Source: a virus (Duplodnaviria > Caudoviricetes). Taken from it: a stretch of 64,000 nucleotides of DNA. The stretch covers positions 32,001 through 96,000 of IMG/VR virus record IMGVR_UViG_3300028886_000037; one strand, given 5' to 3'. The translations under genes were made by a program, and so were the position numbers. Positions 52,982-60,900 of the stretch are shown piece after piece. A model generated the notes under the pieces. It was given only the letters and a program-made list of their open reading frames with translations. It was not told where the DNA came from and did not search any database. How positions within the stretch are numbered: the first letter of the stretch is position 1; each line of letters opens with the position of its first letter.

Positions 52982-54331
52982 TTACCAAGTGCCTTCGTCG
53001 TTAGTATCGAAACCAACCTTAGCAGCAAGTCCTTCGAATCTGAGAAGTCTGTAGTAGTTCTCAGCGCCGAGCATGTTGTCGGCGAAGGCGTATCTGCTCA
53101 TCACGCCAACTCTCGGAGAGAAGTCGCGAGGATCAGTAGCCTGAAGTGTCAAGCTGGTGATGTACGGGCAGTATACCACACCGCAGTTAGAGAGGCCTTC
53201 GCCCTTGTATGCGATGAGTGCTTCACCGTTATCGATACCGGTCATCGGGTCAACAGCGTTGTTGTCGATGAAGACCTTGATGTTTCCGTTTAGAGTACCT
53301 GCAGCTGCGGTTGCAGAGCTACCGTTGACGTTGGTAACGATCTTGCTGAAGTTCGGAGCCGCGATCTGCAGAGCAGTAGCGATATCCGGGCTTACTACAG
53401 CAATGTTACCAGAGCTGGTACGAGTGCTGGTACGGATGTTGTTCGAAGCGCCAATGAGCTTAGCGACGATGTTTGCGAGTCTTTCCTGAGACCAACGGCC
53501 ATTCCAACCGTCACCGAATCCGCCCTGGTTAGAAGCATTTGCGCCAACCGTAGAATCCGGAGTTCCCTGTGCGAACTTGTAGGTCTTCGGGGTGCAGAGT
53601 GCCTTACAGTGAGCGATAGTCTCACGGTCGATTTCCTGAACGAGCTCTTCCTGACAGGTCTTGATCATCTCGCTCATCATGTCGAGGTGCTGCATAGACT
53701 CGATGTCCTGAGCAGACTCGATAGAGAAGCTAGATCCAACCTTACGGGTCTTAGCTGCCACGACCTGCGTAGCGAGCATGAGTCCGAGTTCCGGCCACTT
53801 CTCAAACTTGTTAGCGTCTCCGCCGAGCTTCCAGCGTTCTGCAGCTTCAGTCTCGACTGCGGTACCTGCGTCCGGAGCGCCCTGGGTGTTAGCAGTAGAG
53901 CCAGTGAAGCCAGAGAAGCGAGCGACGTGCTTCCAAGCTGCTTCGATGATTTCTTGTGGGTTAGAGGTCTTGTAGATTCTGCGGACTGCGCAGGCTAGAG
54001 ACACCGGACCAGCCATCGGCTGAACACCGACGAGTACGTTTGCGAACATTTCCGGGAATGCTCTACGGACGATAGCCATAGAGATGTTCGGAAGAACGCC
54101 CTTACCCGGGCCACCATGCGGAATGCCCTGGTTGAGACCAGTAGCACCAGCAACGCCCATGCTGAAGTCTTCGTCAAGTCTCATGCCCTTCTTGACCCAG
54201 CGGTCCTGGTTTTCAAGCAACTTTGCAGTGTTAGCACGAATATACTTGTCCTGAATAGATGCAACAGAGAGTGCATTTGGCTTTTCGCTCCATGCCTCAG
54301 TGATTGTCTTCTGTGAATTTAGGATTTTCAT
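52982..54331 (-). CDS. gp23: Major capsid protein gp23-like
   Basis: TAKLLENQ, VRRAFP...LVGVQPMAGPVSL, AKTRK, ESAQD, QEIDRE, GTLNG, YKG...G..YCPY, DFSPRVGVMSRYA. Confidence 0.97.
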   Translation of the reverse strand: MKILNSQKTITEAWSEKPNALSVASIQDKYIRANTAKLLENQDRWVKKGMRLDEDFSMGVAGATGLNQGIPHGGPGKGVLPNISMAIVRRAFPEMFANVLVGVQPMAGPVSLACAVRRIYKTSNPQEIIEAAWKHVARFSGFTGSTANTQGAPDAGTAVETEAAERWKLGGDANKFEKWPELGLMLATQVVAAKTRKVGSSFSIESAQDIESMQHLDMMSEMIKTCQEELVQEIDRETIAHCKALCTPKTYKFAQGTPDSTVGANASNQGGFGDGWNGRWSQERLANIVAKLIGASNNIRTSTRTSSGNIAVVSPDIATALQIAAPNFSKIVTNVNGSSATAAAGTLNGNIKVFIDNNAVDPMTGIDNGEALIAYKGEGLSNCGVVYCPYITSLTLQATDPRDFSPRVGVMSRYAFADNMLGAENYYRLLRFEGLAAKVGFDTNDEGTW

Positions 54332-54361
54332 TCTCTTTTACTCCTTGAAAATTCTTATTCC

Positions 54362-55378
54362 TTACAGCTCGCAGTACTTAGCCACTGAGGTGAGGTACTC
54401 GTCGCTGCTTTCGTCCAAGCGTCTGGACTCTTTGTGTGATTTGATACGTTCGTTTACGAAGTCTGGAGTGTTGTCCTCAGAATAGGACTTCACGAAAGAC
54501 TTAGGTCTTGGTCTCGTGGATTCCGCGACGATGCTCTTCGGAGCAGTCATCTGAACCTTGCTCTCACGAATGGCCTGTTCTCTTGCCTCTTCGATTCTCT
54601 TTGCAGACTCCTTGAGCATGTTGCAGTAAGAATCGATGTCTGCCTTCGTAGTAGCGAAAGACTTCTCAGCGAAGAACTTTCTCACGTTAGCTCTGTCAGC
54701 AGCTGATAGATCGGAGACCTTCTCTGCGATGAGAGCGCGCTTAGCGTACTTCTCAGACATGTTAGTGAGGTTCATGTTCTCTTGGATCTGAGCAGCGAGA
54801 GTCTCTTCGAGTTCGGCAGCGTGTGCCTGAGCTTCCTTGAGCTTCTTCTGGCCAGATGTGTTGAGAGGAACAAACTGTTCTTGATAGAGGTTCTGGATTC
54901 CCTTGATGATGGGTGAGAAAGTCTCGTTGACAGCTGCATTCTTGATGAGATCAGGAGAGATGTTCTCGTTGATAGCATAGTCAAGATAGTCGTCAAGCTG
55001 CGCGAGGATAGACTCTTCCATCGTAGCCAATTCCTTTTCGTATTTTTCCGCGAAAGCCTTCTCGAAATTCTCGTCGATGTACTTAGCGCAAGCATCTTCG
55101 ATCTCTTTCTTCTGTTCGTCGAGCTTGAGTGCAGCGTTCTTAGCGATTGTTGCAGTCTTGATCTCGAGATACTTCTCGGAGAGAGTCTCTAGTTCAGCAG
55201 TCTTCTCGGCTACCTTCTTGTCGACTTCTCTTGCGATGTATTCTTCTGCTTTCTCGGAAATAAGATTGGTTTCAGCTTTAACTCTAGCGTCAACAGCTTC
55301 ATCAAAAGATTCCTTGACGGTTGCCAAGTCCTCTTCTGATACGCCTAGCGCCTTGAGCTTTTCTGCGATTTTATCCAT
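54362..55378 (-). CDS. gp22: Prohead core/scaffolding protein gp22-like
   Basis: Acidic coiled coil with FDEAV and LDDYLDY; immediately upstream of gp23. Confidence 0.8.
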   Translation of the reverse strand: MDKIAEKLKALGVSEEDLATVKESFDEAVDARVKAETNLISEKAEEYIAREVDKKVAEKTAELETLSEKYLEIKTATIAKNAALKLDEQKKEIEDACAKYIDENFEKAFAEKYEKELATMEESILAQLDDYLDYAINENISPDLIKNAAVNETFSPIIKGIQNLYQEQFVPLNTSGQKKLKEAQAHAAELEETLAAQIQENMNLTNMSEKYAKRALIAEKVSDLSAADRANVRKFFAEKSFATTKADIDSYCNMLKESAKRIEEAREQAIRESKVQMTAPKSIVAESTRPRPKSFVKSYSEDNTPDFVNERIKSHKESRRLDESSDEYLTSVAKYCEL

Positions 55379-55488
55379 TTATTTCCTCCGGCTTATGATT
55401 TATATATCATTGCGTTTTTGTGAAAAATTTGCTTTTTTGAGAAAAAGTTAACATTTTATTAACTTTTTCTCTTTATTTATCTGAAAAA

Positions 55489-56247
55489 TCAGAACTTAGA
55501 AGCCAAATCACGCATCGTGTCGACTTCTCCAGCGTTCTTAGAAGCGTCAATCTTCTTCTGATTCTGGATGTCGAGGATAGCCTGCTTGATCTTCATCTTG
55601 AAGTAGTTCTTCGTATTGTCGTCAGTCTGGAACAGAGCTCTGTTGACGATGTCAGAGAAGGACTGGTAGTCGTGGATCTCTTGGAAGTCCTGCGGGATGA
55701 GCTTCTTTCCGTTAGCGATCACTTCGAGGACGTTCTTCGCGTCATCGATCTCTGCAAGGTTGACGTCTGTAGAGTTGATAGCGTCGTTTACGCCCTTCAG
55801 AACGCCCTCGACGTCGTAGATCATTCCTCCGGGAGGATTTCCCTCTGCTGCGCTTCCTTCGCCGCTAGCTCCAGTGAAGTCTGGATCATCTTCACGATCT
55901 GCGAAGCGATTGTCTGTTGCTTCGGTCTCGTCGCCGAGCTCGCCAGTGTCTCCACCGGGACCGCCGCCTGGACCACCAGCTGGACCTCCGCCGATGTCTC
56001 CTCCGAGATCACCGCCAGCGTCACCGCCTAGATCTCCACCACCGTCATCAGAGAAGTCTCCTCCACCGAGGTCGCCATCTCCGCCGTCACCACTGTCATC
56101 ATCGCCGCCGCCGTCGAGATCCTCTGGCGGATTGTCGTCCTTTGGCGCGTCATCGTCTGGACCGGCTTCCTTTAGCAATTTCAGAAAGTCGACTGGAGCT
56201 ACCTGCTCATTCACGAATTTTCTGATAGATTCCAAATTCATTTCCAT
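55489..56247 (-). CDS. Acidic Gly/Asp-rich late protein (prohead-associated?)
   Basis: GGDLGG repeats; LLKE cleavage-like site. Confidence 0.5.
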   Translation of the reverse strand: MEMNLESIRKFVNEQVAPVDFLKLLKEAGPDDDAPKDDNPPEDLDGGGDDDSGDGGDGDLGGGDFSDDGGGDLGGDAGGDLGGDIGGGPAGGPGGGPGGDTGELGDETEATDNRFADREDDPDFTGASGEGSAAEGNPPGGMIYDVEGVLKGVNDAINSTDVNLAEIDDAKNVLEVIANGKKLIPQDFQEIHDYQSFSDIVNRALFQTDDNTKNYFKMKIKQAILDIQNQKKIDASKNAGEVDTMRDLASKF

Positions 56248-56248
56248 G

Positions 56249-56572
56249 TTAAAGCTCCTGATTCTCTAGTGCCTCTTCCAAGTTCTTCTTGGACAGCTTG
56301 AAAGTGTTTGCGCAGACTAAGTAGTCGTAGATTCGACGATTGAGCTTAGCGTCGCAATTCTCGTTCAGGATCAACGTCATTATGCGTTTCTTGTCCTTGT
56401 TCTTTATCGCTTCGGCTATGATGTCGAAGGTACGCGAGTACATGTCGTATAGCACATCGTAGTCCGACAGATCATTTCTGTTGCACAGACTAGCGATCAG
56501 CTTACGAAGGAACTCGTCCTTCTTGCTGATGCGGTAAAAGATCGAGAACTTTGTGTAAAGAGGTCTACTCAT
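56249..56572 (-). CDS. Hypothetical protein
   Basis: AATAAATA at 56585-56592 (-). Confidence 0.5.
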   Translation of the reverse strand: MSRPLYTKFSIFYRISKKDEFLRKLIASLCNRNDLSDYDVLYDMYSRTFDIIAEAIKNKDKKRIMTLILNENCDAKLNRRIYDYLVCANTFKLSKKNLEEALENQEL

Positions 56573-56598
56573 GATTTCTATTGTTATTTATTTCCGAG

Positions 56599-57339
56599 TT
56601 ACGTCAGATCGAATTTCGGCAGATCTTCCATCGAGACTTTCTGCTGCGGAGGAAGAACTTTCTTGACCATCTTGAGAATCTCGTCAGATGCGAAGCAGAG
56701 ATTGTTCTGGATGTAAGTGTTTCCACCTCCCTGGCCAGCAGCTGCTGCTTCTTGCTGCTCTTTGATGACGTCCTGCTTGATGTTGCCGTTGCCCTTGTCC
56801 TCGACGACCTTGTAGTCGGTGACCATCTGGTCGATCTTAGCGAGTCTCATCACGTTGTCGGCGACCACTTTAGACAGAGTAGCGTAAGTGTCGAACAGGT
56901 GAGGATTCGTGCCTATCTTCAACTGAGACTCGATCACTTCCATCACTGTCCTGTTGTCGGAGATCAGAGACTTGAGCTGAGCTTTCATGTATGCCTTGTC
57001 TTCAAGGTCATAGCGCTGAGTCATGGTCTTGAGCTTGACTTCGGCTTCTAGCTTGACGATCTCTTTGTTGTCTTCTTGCGCTTTCTTCTTCAAGTCGGCA
57101 ACCGATGGACCATGTCCACCGTTCTCGTCTTCCTCGTCTTCGTCTGGAACTGCATGCACTAGTTCTCCCGTCTCCTCTTCAAGGAAACTCATAGGATCTT
57201 GCGCAACTGGCTCTTCAGGCTCAACTGCGGCTACTTCTTCGACTGGATCGGGAAGTATAGGTTTAGCTTTTTCGTCGGCTCTTCTGTCTTGGATGTCGAA
57301 TTCACGGCAGAGAGCGTCAATTGATGTCTCGATGCTCAT
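56599..57339 (-). CDS. Terminase small subunit gp16-like
   Basis: PHLFDTYATLSKVVAD...NTYIQNNLCFASDEILKM resembles the T4-like TerS PRAYEV...NNA.F..S..EL.KM pattern; GATAAATA upstream. Confidence 0.6.
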   Translation of the reverse strand: MSIETSIDALCREFDIQDRRADEKAKPILPDPVEEVAAVEPEEPVAQDPMSFLEEETGELVHAVPDEDEEDENGGHGPSVADLKKKAQEDNKEIVKLEAEVKLKTMTQRYDLEDKAYMKAQLKSLISDNRTVMEVIESQLKIGTNPHLFDTYATLSKVVADNVMRLAKIDQMVTDYKVVEDKGNGNIKQDVIKEQQEAAAAGQGGGNTYIQNNLCFASDEILKMVKKVLPPQQKVSMEDLPKFDLT

Positions 57340-57388
57340 AGTTGACCACGCTGGTTAGTTATGAGATATTTATCGAGAAAAACGTAAA

Positions 57389-57413
57389 AGGCTCGGGATA
57401 TTTCACCCGAGCC
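57389..57413 (-). terminator. Rho-independent terminator
   Basis: AGGCTCGGG-7nt-CCCGAGCCT with a U-run on the minus strand, after the topoisomerase gene. Confidence 0.7.
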
Positions 57414-57440
57414 TGATTCTAGGTTATTATGAAAAAAATG

Positions 57441-58928
57441 CTATTCTTGGACTTTGAGCATTCTCGGCTTGAAGAACTCCTTCAGTGAGTCAAGCTTTCT
57501 CGCCACGACCTTGTCGATGTCGTTCTTGTCCTTGTTGACGCGCTGCAGCTCTTGATCGAGTGCGCCGAACTCGAGGCGCATCTTCTGCATGTCGGTCTTC
57601 TTGATGGATCCGATCTTAAGATCGAGAATGTACTCAGCGCCCTCTTTCGCTCTCGGATGGCCCATGAGATACGGCAGATTGTTCATCAAGTGAGACACAG
57701 CGTCATCGGCGTTCAGAGCAGCCTGAATGACCTTCAGATTCTCTGCGGCGCACATACGGCACTCGACATGGAACATCTTGTCGTCGATCTCTTTTGCTCG
57801 AATATCGAGCAGCTTACCCTCTTGCTCTCTTCTCCAGTCGAGCCAGATCTTCATGTACTCAATGAAGGACTTCTGAAGGAGAACAGTGTCTACATCTCTC
57901 AGCTCTGGATTCTTGCTCTTCTGACGGTCAAGCGCGTAGTACTGGACGTTCTGCACGCAGATCAGATTCTTGTGGATCTTGCTCTCGAACGTGTCTTCTC
58001 CCTGATATACGACCTGGAAGTTGCAGACGTTCTCCTTAGTGGAAGCGTCGTTAGCGTCAAGCACGTACTTCTCAGACATGAGCTTGATCATAGCGTTCTG
58101 GAACTTCGACGGCTTGAAGCCAGGGCAGTACCCAGTGACCGTGAGCAGATATTTGTCTCTGCCCTGCGGAGTGATCGTGTAGTCGCACTCGTAAGAGACC
58201 TTTCCCGTGCCAGTTTCGTAAATTTCTTTTAACTCTTCTTTGGAAGTGAGCAGCTTACCGCCATAGACGGAGTCGGGGCCGTGGAAGACTTTGAACAGAT
58301 CTTCCATCTTCGTCTTCTCGCCCTTCTTTAGCACGATCTTGAGGGCGTCTACGATCTCTTCGAGGTTGTGGTCAAGCGTCTCTAGACGAACAGCCACGCC
58401 GATGCCTGTTCCGCCGTTGACGAAGAACATCGGAAAGTCCATCGGAATGTCGATTGGCTCCATGTACTCGCCAGAGAAGTTAGGAACTTCGTCAGCGACT
58501 TCGTAGCTCTCGAAGCATCTCTGTCCGAGCTTGCTGAAACGGCACTCTGTGTATCTAGGAGCTGCTGGCTCGTCATCGAGACTTCCCCAGTTTCCCTGTC
58601 CCTGAACAAGACTGTAAGTCTGATTCACTAGACCGCCAAGTGCGCCATAAGCTTCAGAGTGCGGGTGATACTTGCCCATGCAGTCGCCAGTGACTCTAGC
58701 AGACTTCACAGTCGGAGCAGTGTTCCATGCCTTCAAGTCATACATAGCCTTCAGCAGACGACGCTGAGAGGGCTTCAATCCGTCTCTAATTGACGGAATC
58801 ATTCTGTCTTCGATGACAGACATGCCATACTCTTTGATGTTGAACTCCAACACCTTAGAGACTTCGGACTCGGTTAGCTGATTTGTGGACTCTTCTTTAG
58901 TTTTGAGAAATTTGCTTTTCTTGCTCAT
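57441..58928 (-). CDS. Type IIA topoisomerase subunit A (GyrA/ParC/gp52-like, no C-terminal pinwheel)
   Basis: DRMIP..RDGLKPSQRR, KSARVTG, YHPHS, GQGNWGS, catalytic AAPRYTE, NGGTGIGV. Confidence 0.92.
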   Translation of the reverse strand: MSKKSKFLKTKEESTNQLTESEVSKVLEFNIKEYGMSVIEDRMIPSIRDGLKPSQRRLLKAMYDLKAWNTAPTVKSARVTGDCMGKYHPHSEAYGALGGLVNQTYSLVQGQGNWGSLDDEPAAPRYTECRFSKLGQRCFESYEVADEVPNFSGEYMEPIDIPMDFPMFFVNGGTGIGVAVRLETLDHNLEEIVDALKIVLKKGEKTKMEDLFKVFHGPDSVYGGKLLTSKEELKEIYETGTGKVSYECDYTITPQGRDKYLLTVTGYCPGFKPSKFQNAMIKLMSEKYVLDANDASTKENVCNFQVVYQGEDTFESKIHKNLICVQNVQYYALDRQKSKNPELRDVDTVLLQKSFIEYMKIWLDWRREQEGKLLDIRAKEIDDKMFHVECRMCAAENLKVIQAALNADDAVSHLMNNLPYLMGHPRAKEGAEYILDLKIGSIKKTDMQKMRLEFGALDQELQRVNKDKNDIDKVVARKLDSLKEFFKPRMLKVQE

Positions 58929-58949
58929 AACAGTTGAAATTTAGTAAAT

Positions 58950-59402
58950 TTACAGGCTTATGACTTTCTGTTGGATCAGGTAGCGCAGATATGCGTAGAT
59001 GTGTTTGCAGAATGTAGGGATCTGTGCTTTATTTACGACTCTGTTCGGGATAGTAGAGTTTCCTGGCACTCTACCAGCGTAGTTCTTGTTCTTGTAGAGC
59101 GGATATGCGACATTGTAGCGGAACGCGTCACATGAGCACTTCACTTCGACCATCGCGTTGATGTCCCACGGATCTTCCAAGTTCTGCTTGTGGAACTGGA
59201 CAAAGACTTTGTAGGGAGTGCTCTGCGAGTGAGCTTCCACGAGTCCAGAGCACGTCATCGTCAGAGTGTCCTTGCCCTTAGAGGTCGAGTTCACAATGCG
59301 GACGTTCTTGTAGTCTGAGTAAGGGAAGACTTTCTTGAAGTTATCCCTTAGCTGAATCAGGCTCTGTTTCTCGTTCAGGAATTCCAGGAATCTCAATTTC
59401 AT
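58950..59402 (-). CDS. SWIM zinc-finger protein with a capsid-targeting-like N-terminus
   Basis: VKCSCDAF...FCKHI; start MKLRFLEFLNE at 59402 with SD GGAG. Confidence 0.7.
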   Translation of the reverse strand: MKLRFLEFLNEKQSLIQLRDNFKKVFPYSDYKNVRIVNSTSKGKDTLTMTCSGLVEAHSQSTPYKVFVQFHKQNLEDPWDINAMVEVKCSCDAFRYNVAYPLYKNKNYAGRVPGNSTIPNRVVNKAQIPTFCKHIYAYLRYLIQQKVISL

Positions 59403-60102
59403 CGTCGCTCCTAAATAGTGCATATTTGTTGATCGGGAATGTGTTTACGATTCTAGACCACTTGTCGAAGACATATACTCTAAGCTTGTCCATCTCTTTC
59501 CGGTCGAAGTCGCCAGCGGATGCGTGAACTACTGTGACTGGAATCGTGCAGACGCCGATCTTGTTTCGAAGAGCCTGAAGGCAGATGTCCACGTCGTAGA
59601 AGTGGTAGCTCTTGATGTTCTCGTCGAAACGGATCTTCTTGAAAGCGTCAGTGTGGATCCACATGCAGCATCCGTCCACTGTAGCTAGTCCGTCGTGGAA
59701 GCCTGGCCAGTCCTTCATCTCGTAGACTCTCTCTGGAACGACTGGCTTCTTGTCTGGTCCAAGGACCTTCTGGAGAATGTAGCCGCAGCCGTTGACTTCG
59801 CGGTCGGGGTACCACCAGTGCATGAGATAGTCTAGATTGAAAGTTCCGATGACTCCAGCGATTAGCTGGTCACGGCTGTAAGCCTGACGTAGTCTCGCCT
59901 GAACGATGTCTGGTTGAGTTCTGATCTCTGCGTCATCGTGAATGAAGCAGACCCAACCCTTGTAGTCTCCTATCATGTCGATGGCTCTGTTGTACTTCTT
60001 GCACATAGAGTCGCCGTAGGAGTTGTCGAGATACGTGATGTCGTTTACCGCATCATATTCTCTAGGATCTTTAGTTGGTACGAATGTCTTGATAGGAATC
60101 AC
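59341..60102 (-). CDS. GT-A (family 2-like) glycosyltransferase
   Basis: KKYNRA, CFIHDD, GVIG, TVDGCC, FDE...HFYDVDICL, VVHAS.G. Confidence 0.8.
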   Translation of the reverse strand: MIPIKTFVPTKDPREYDAVNDITYLDNSYGDSMCKKYNRAIDMIGDYKGWVCFIHDDAEIRTQPDIVQARLRQAYSRDQLIAGVIGTFNLDYLMHWWYPDREVNGCGYILQKVLGPDKKPVVPERVYEMKDWPGFHDGLATVDGCCMWIHTDAFKKIRFDENIKSYHFYDVDICLQALRNKIGVCTIPVTVVHASAGDFDRKEMDKLRVYVFDKWSRIVNTFPINKYALFRSDDEIEIPGIPERETEPDSAKG

Positions 60103-60893
60103 AGATATAGCCCCAGTGTTTCTAAGCTTTTCTTATTTAGAGGAGAGACTCGCAGTGTAGGCCAGTCTCTCTGGCACTTAGCGTAGTTGTTCGACATGAT
60201 GTAGATTTTGCTGACTACGGGCTTCGTGACTTTCACAGTGTCGTCGTTCTTGTTCTGCTGAGTAGCGTGTGCCATCAACTCGACTCTGTAACGGTCCAAG
60301 AGATTCTTGGCGTTCTTGTAGATCAAGTCGGTGTAGAGCTTCTTAGCGTCATCAGTGCAAGAGGAGATGTAAGAGTCTCTGTCTGAGCTGCGGATCACAG
60401 TATCGAGGAATAGCTTCCAGTCAGTGCCGAGAGATGTTCTGACGGAGTCTGGCAGCTGCATTCCAGTCACTTCGAACCAAGTGTCTATAGCGTCCTGGCT
60501 CCATAGAGCTTTCTGGAACACAGTCTCCTTGAGTCCGCGAATCTCTTTCTTAAGCTCGTTCGAGTAAGTCCTGAAGTCTGTCCAAGTGCAGTCGTCCTTC
60601 GACTGGAGAACGTGATCAAGATAGTTGTCCTCGGAAGCCTTCAGACCTTCGATCTTGATGACGCAGTCAAAGCTGGTGACTGGACTATTGATGCTGTCGA
60701 ACAGAGTCTGGCCGTTCAGAGTTCCGCTGATCTCTGGGGATCTGTTGATCGTGTTGATCGTAGTGATCAGATCTTCGTACTTGCAGAGGACAAACGAGAA
60801 AATCGGCTTGCTGTTTATGCAAGATTTTAGAAGATCCTTCGATAGCGGAAGGGTCGTCGCATCTACATCATATATGAATCTGCTGTCTAGCAT
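60099..60893 (-). CDS. Hypothetical protein (264 aa)
   Basis: GATAAATA 4 nt upstream of the ATG; coupled to the GT gene. Confidence 0.5.
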   Translation of the reverse strand: MLDSRFIYDVDATTLPLSKDLLKSCINSKPIFSFVLCKYEDLITTINTINRSPEISGTLNGQTLFDSINSPVTSFDCVIKIEGLKASEDNYLDHVLQSKDDCTWTDFRTYSNELKKEIRGLKETVFQKALWSQDAIDTWFEVTGMQLPDSVRTSLGTDWKLFLDTVIRSSDRDSYISSCTDDAKKLYTDLIYKNAKNLLDRYRVELMAHATQQNKNDDTVKVTKPVVSKIYIMSNNYAKCQRDWPTLRVSPLNKKSLETLGLYL

Positions 60894-60900
60894 ACGTTAT

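Noticed and set aside
55930-56130. GC-rich CCG/CCA repeat tract
   Set aside because: Explained by the Gly/Asp-rich (GGDLGG) coding segment of the 252-aa protein.
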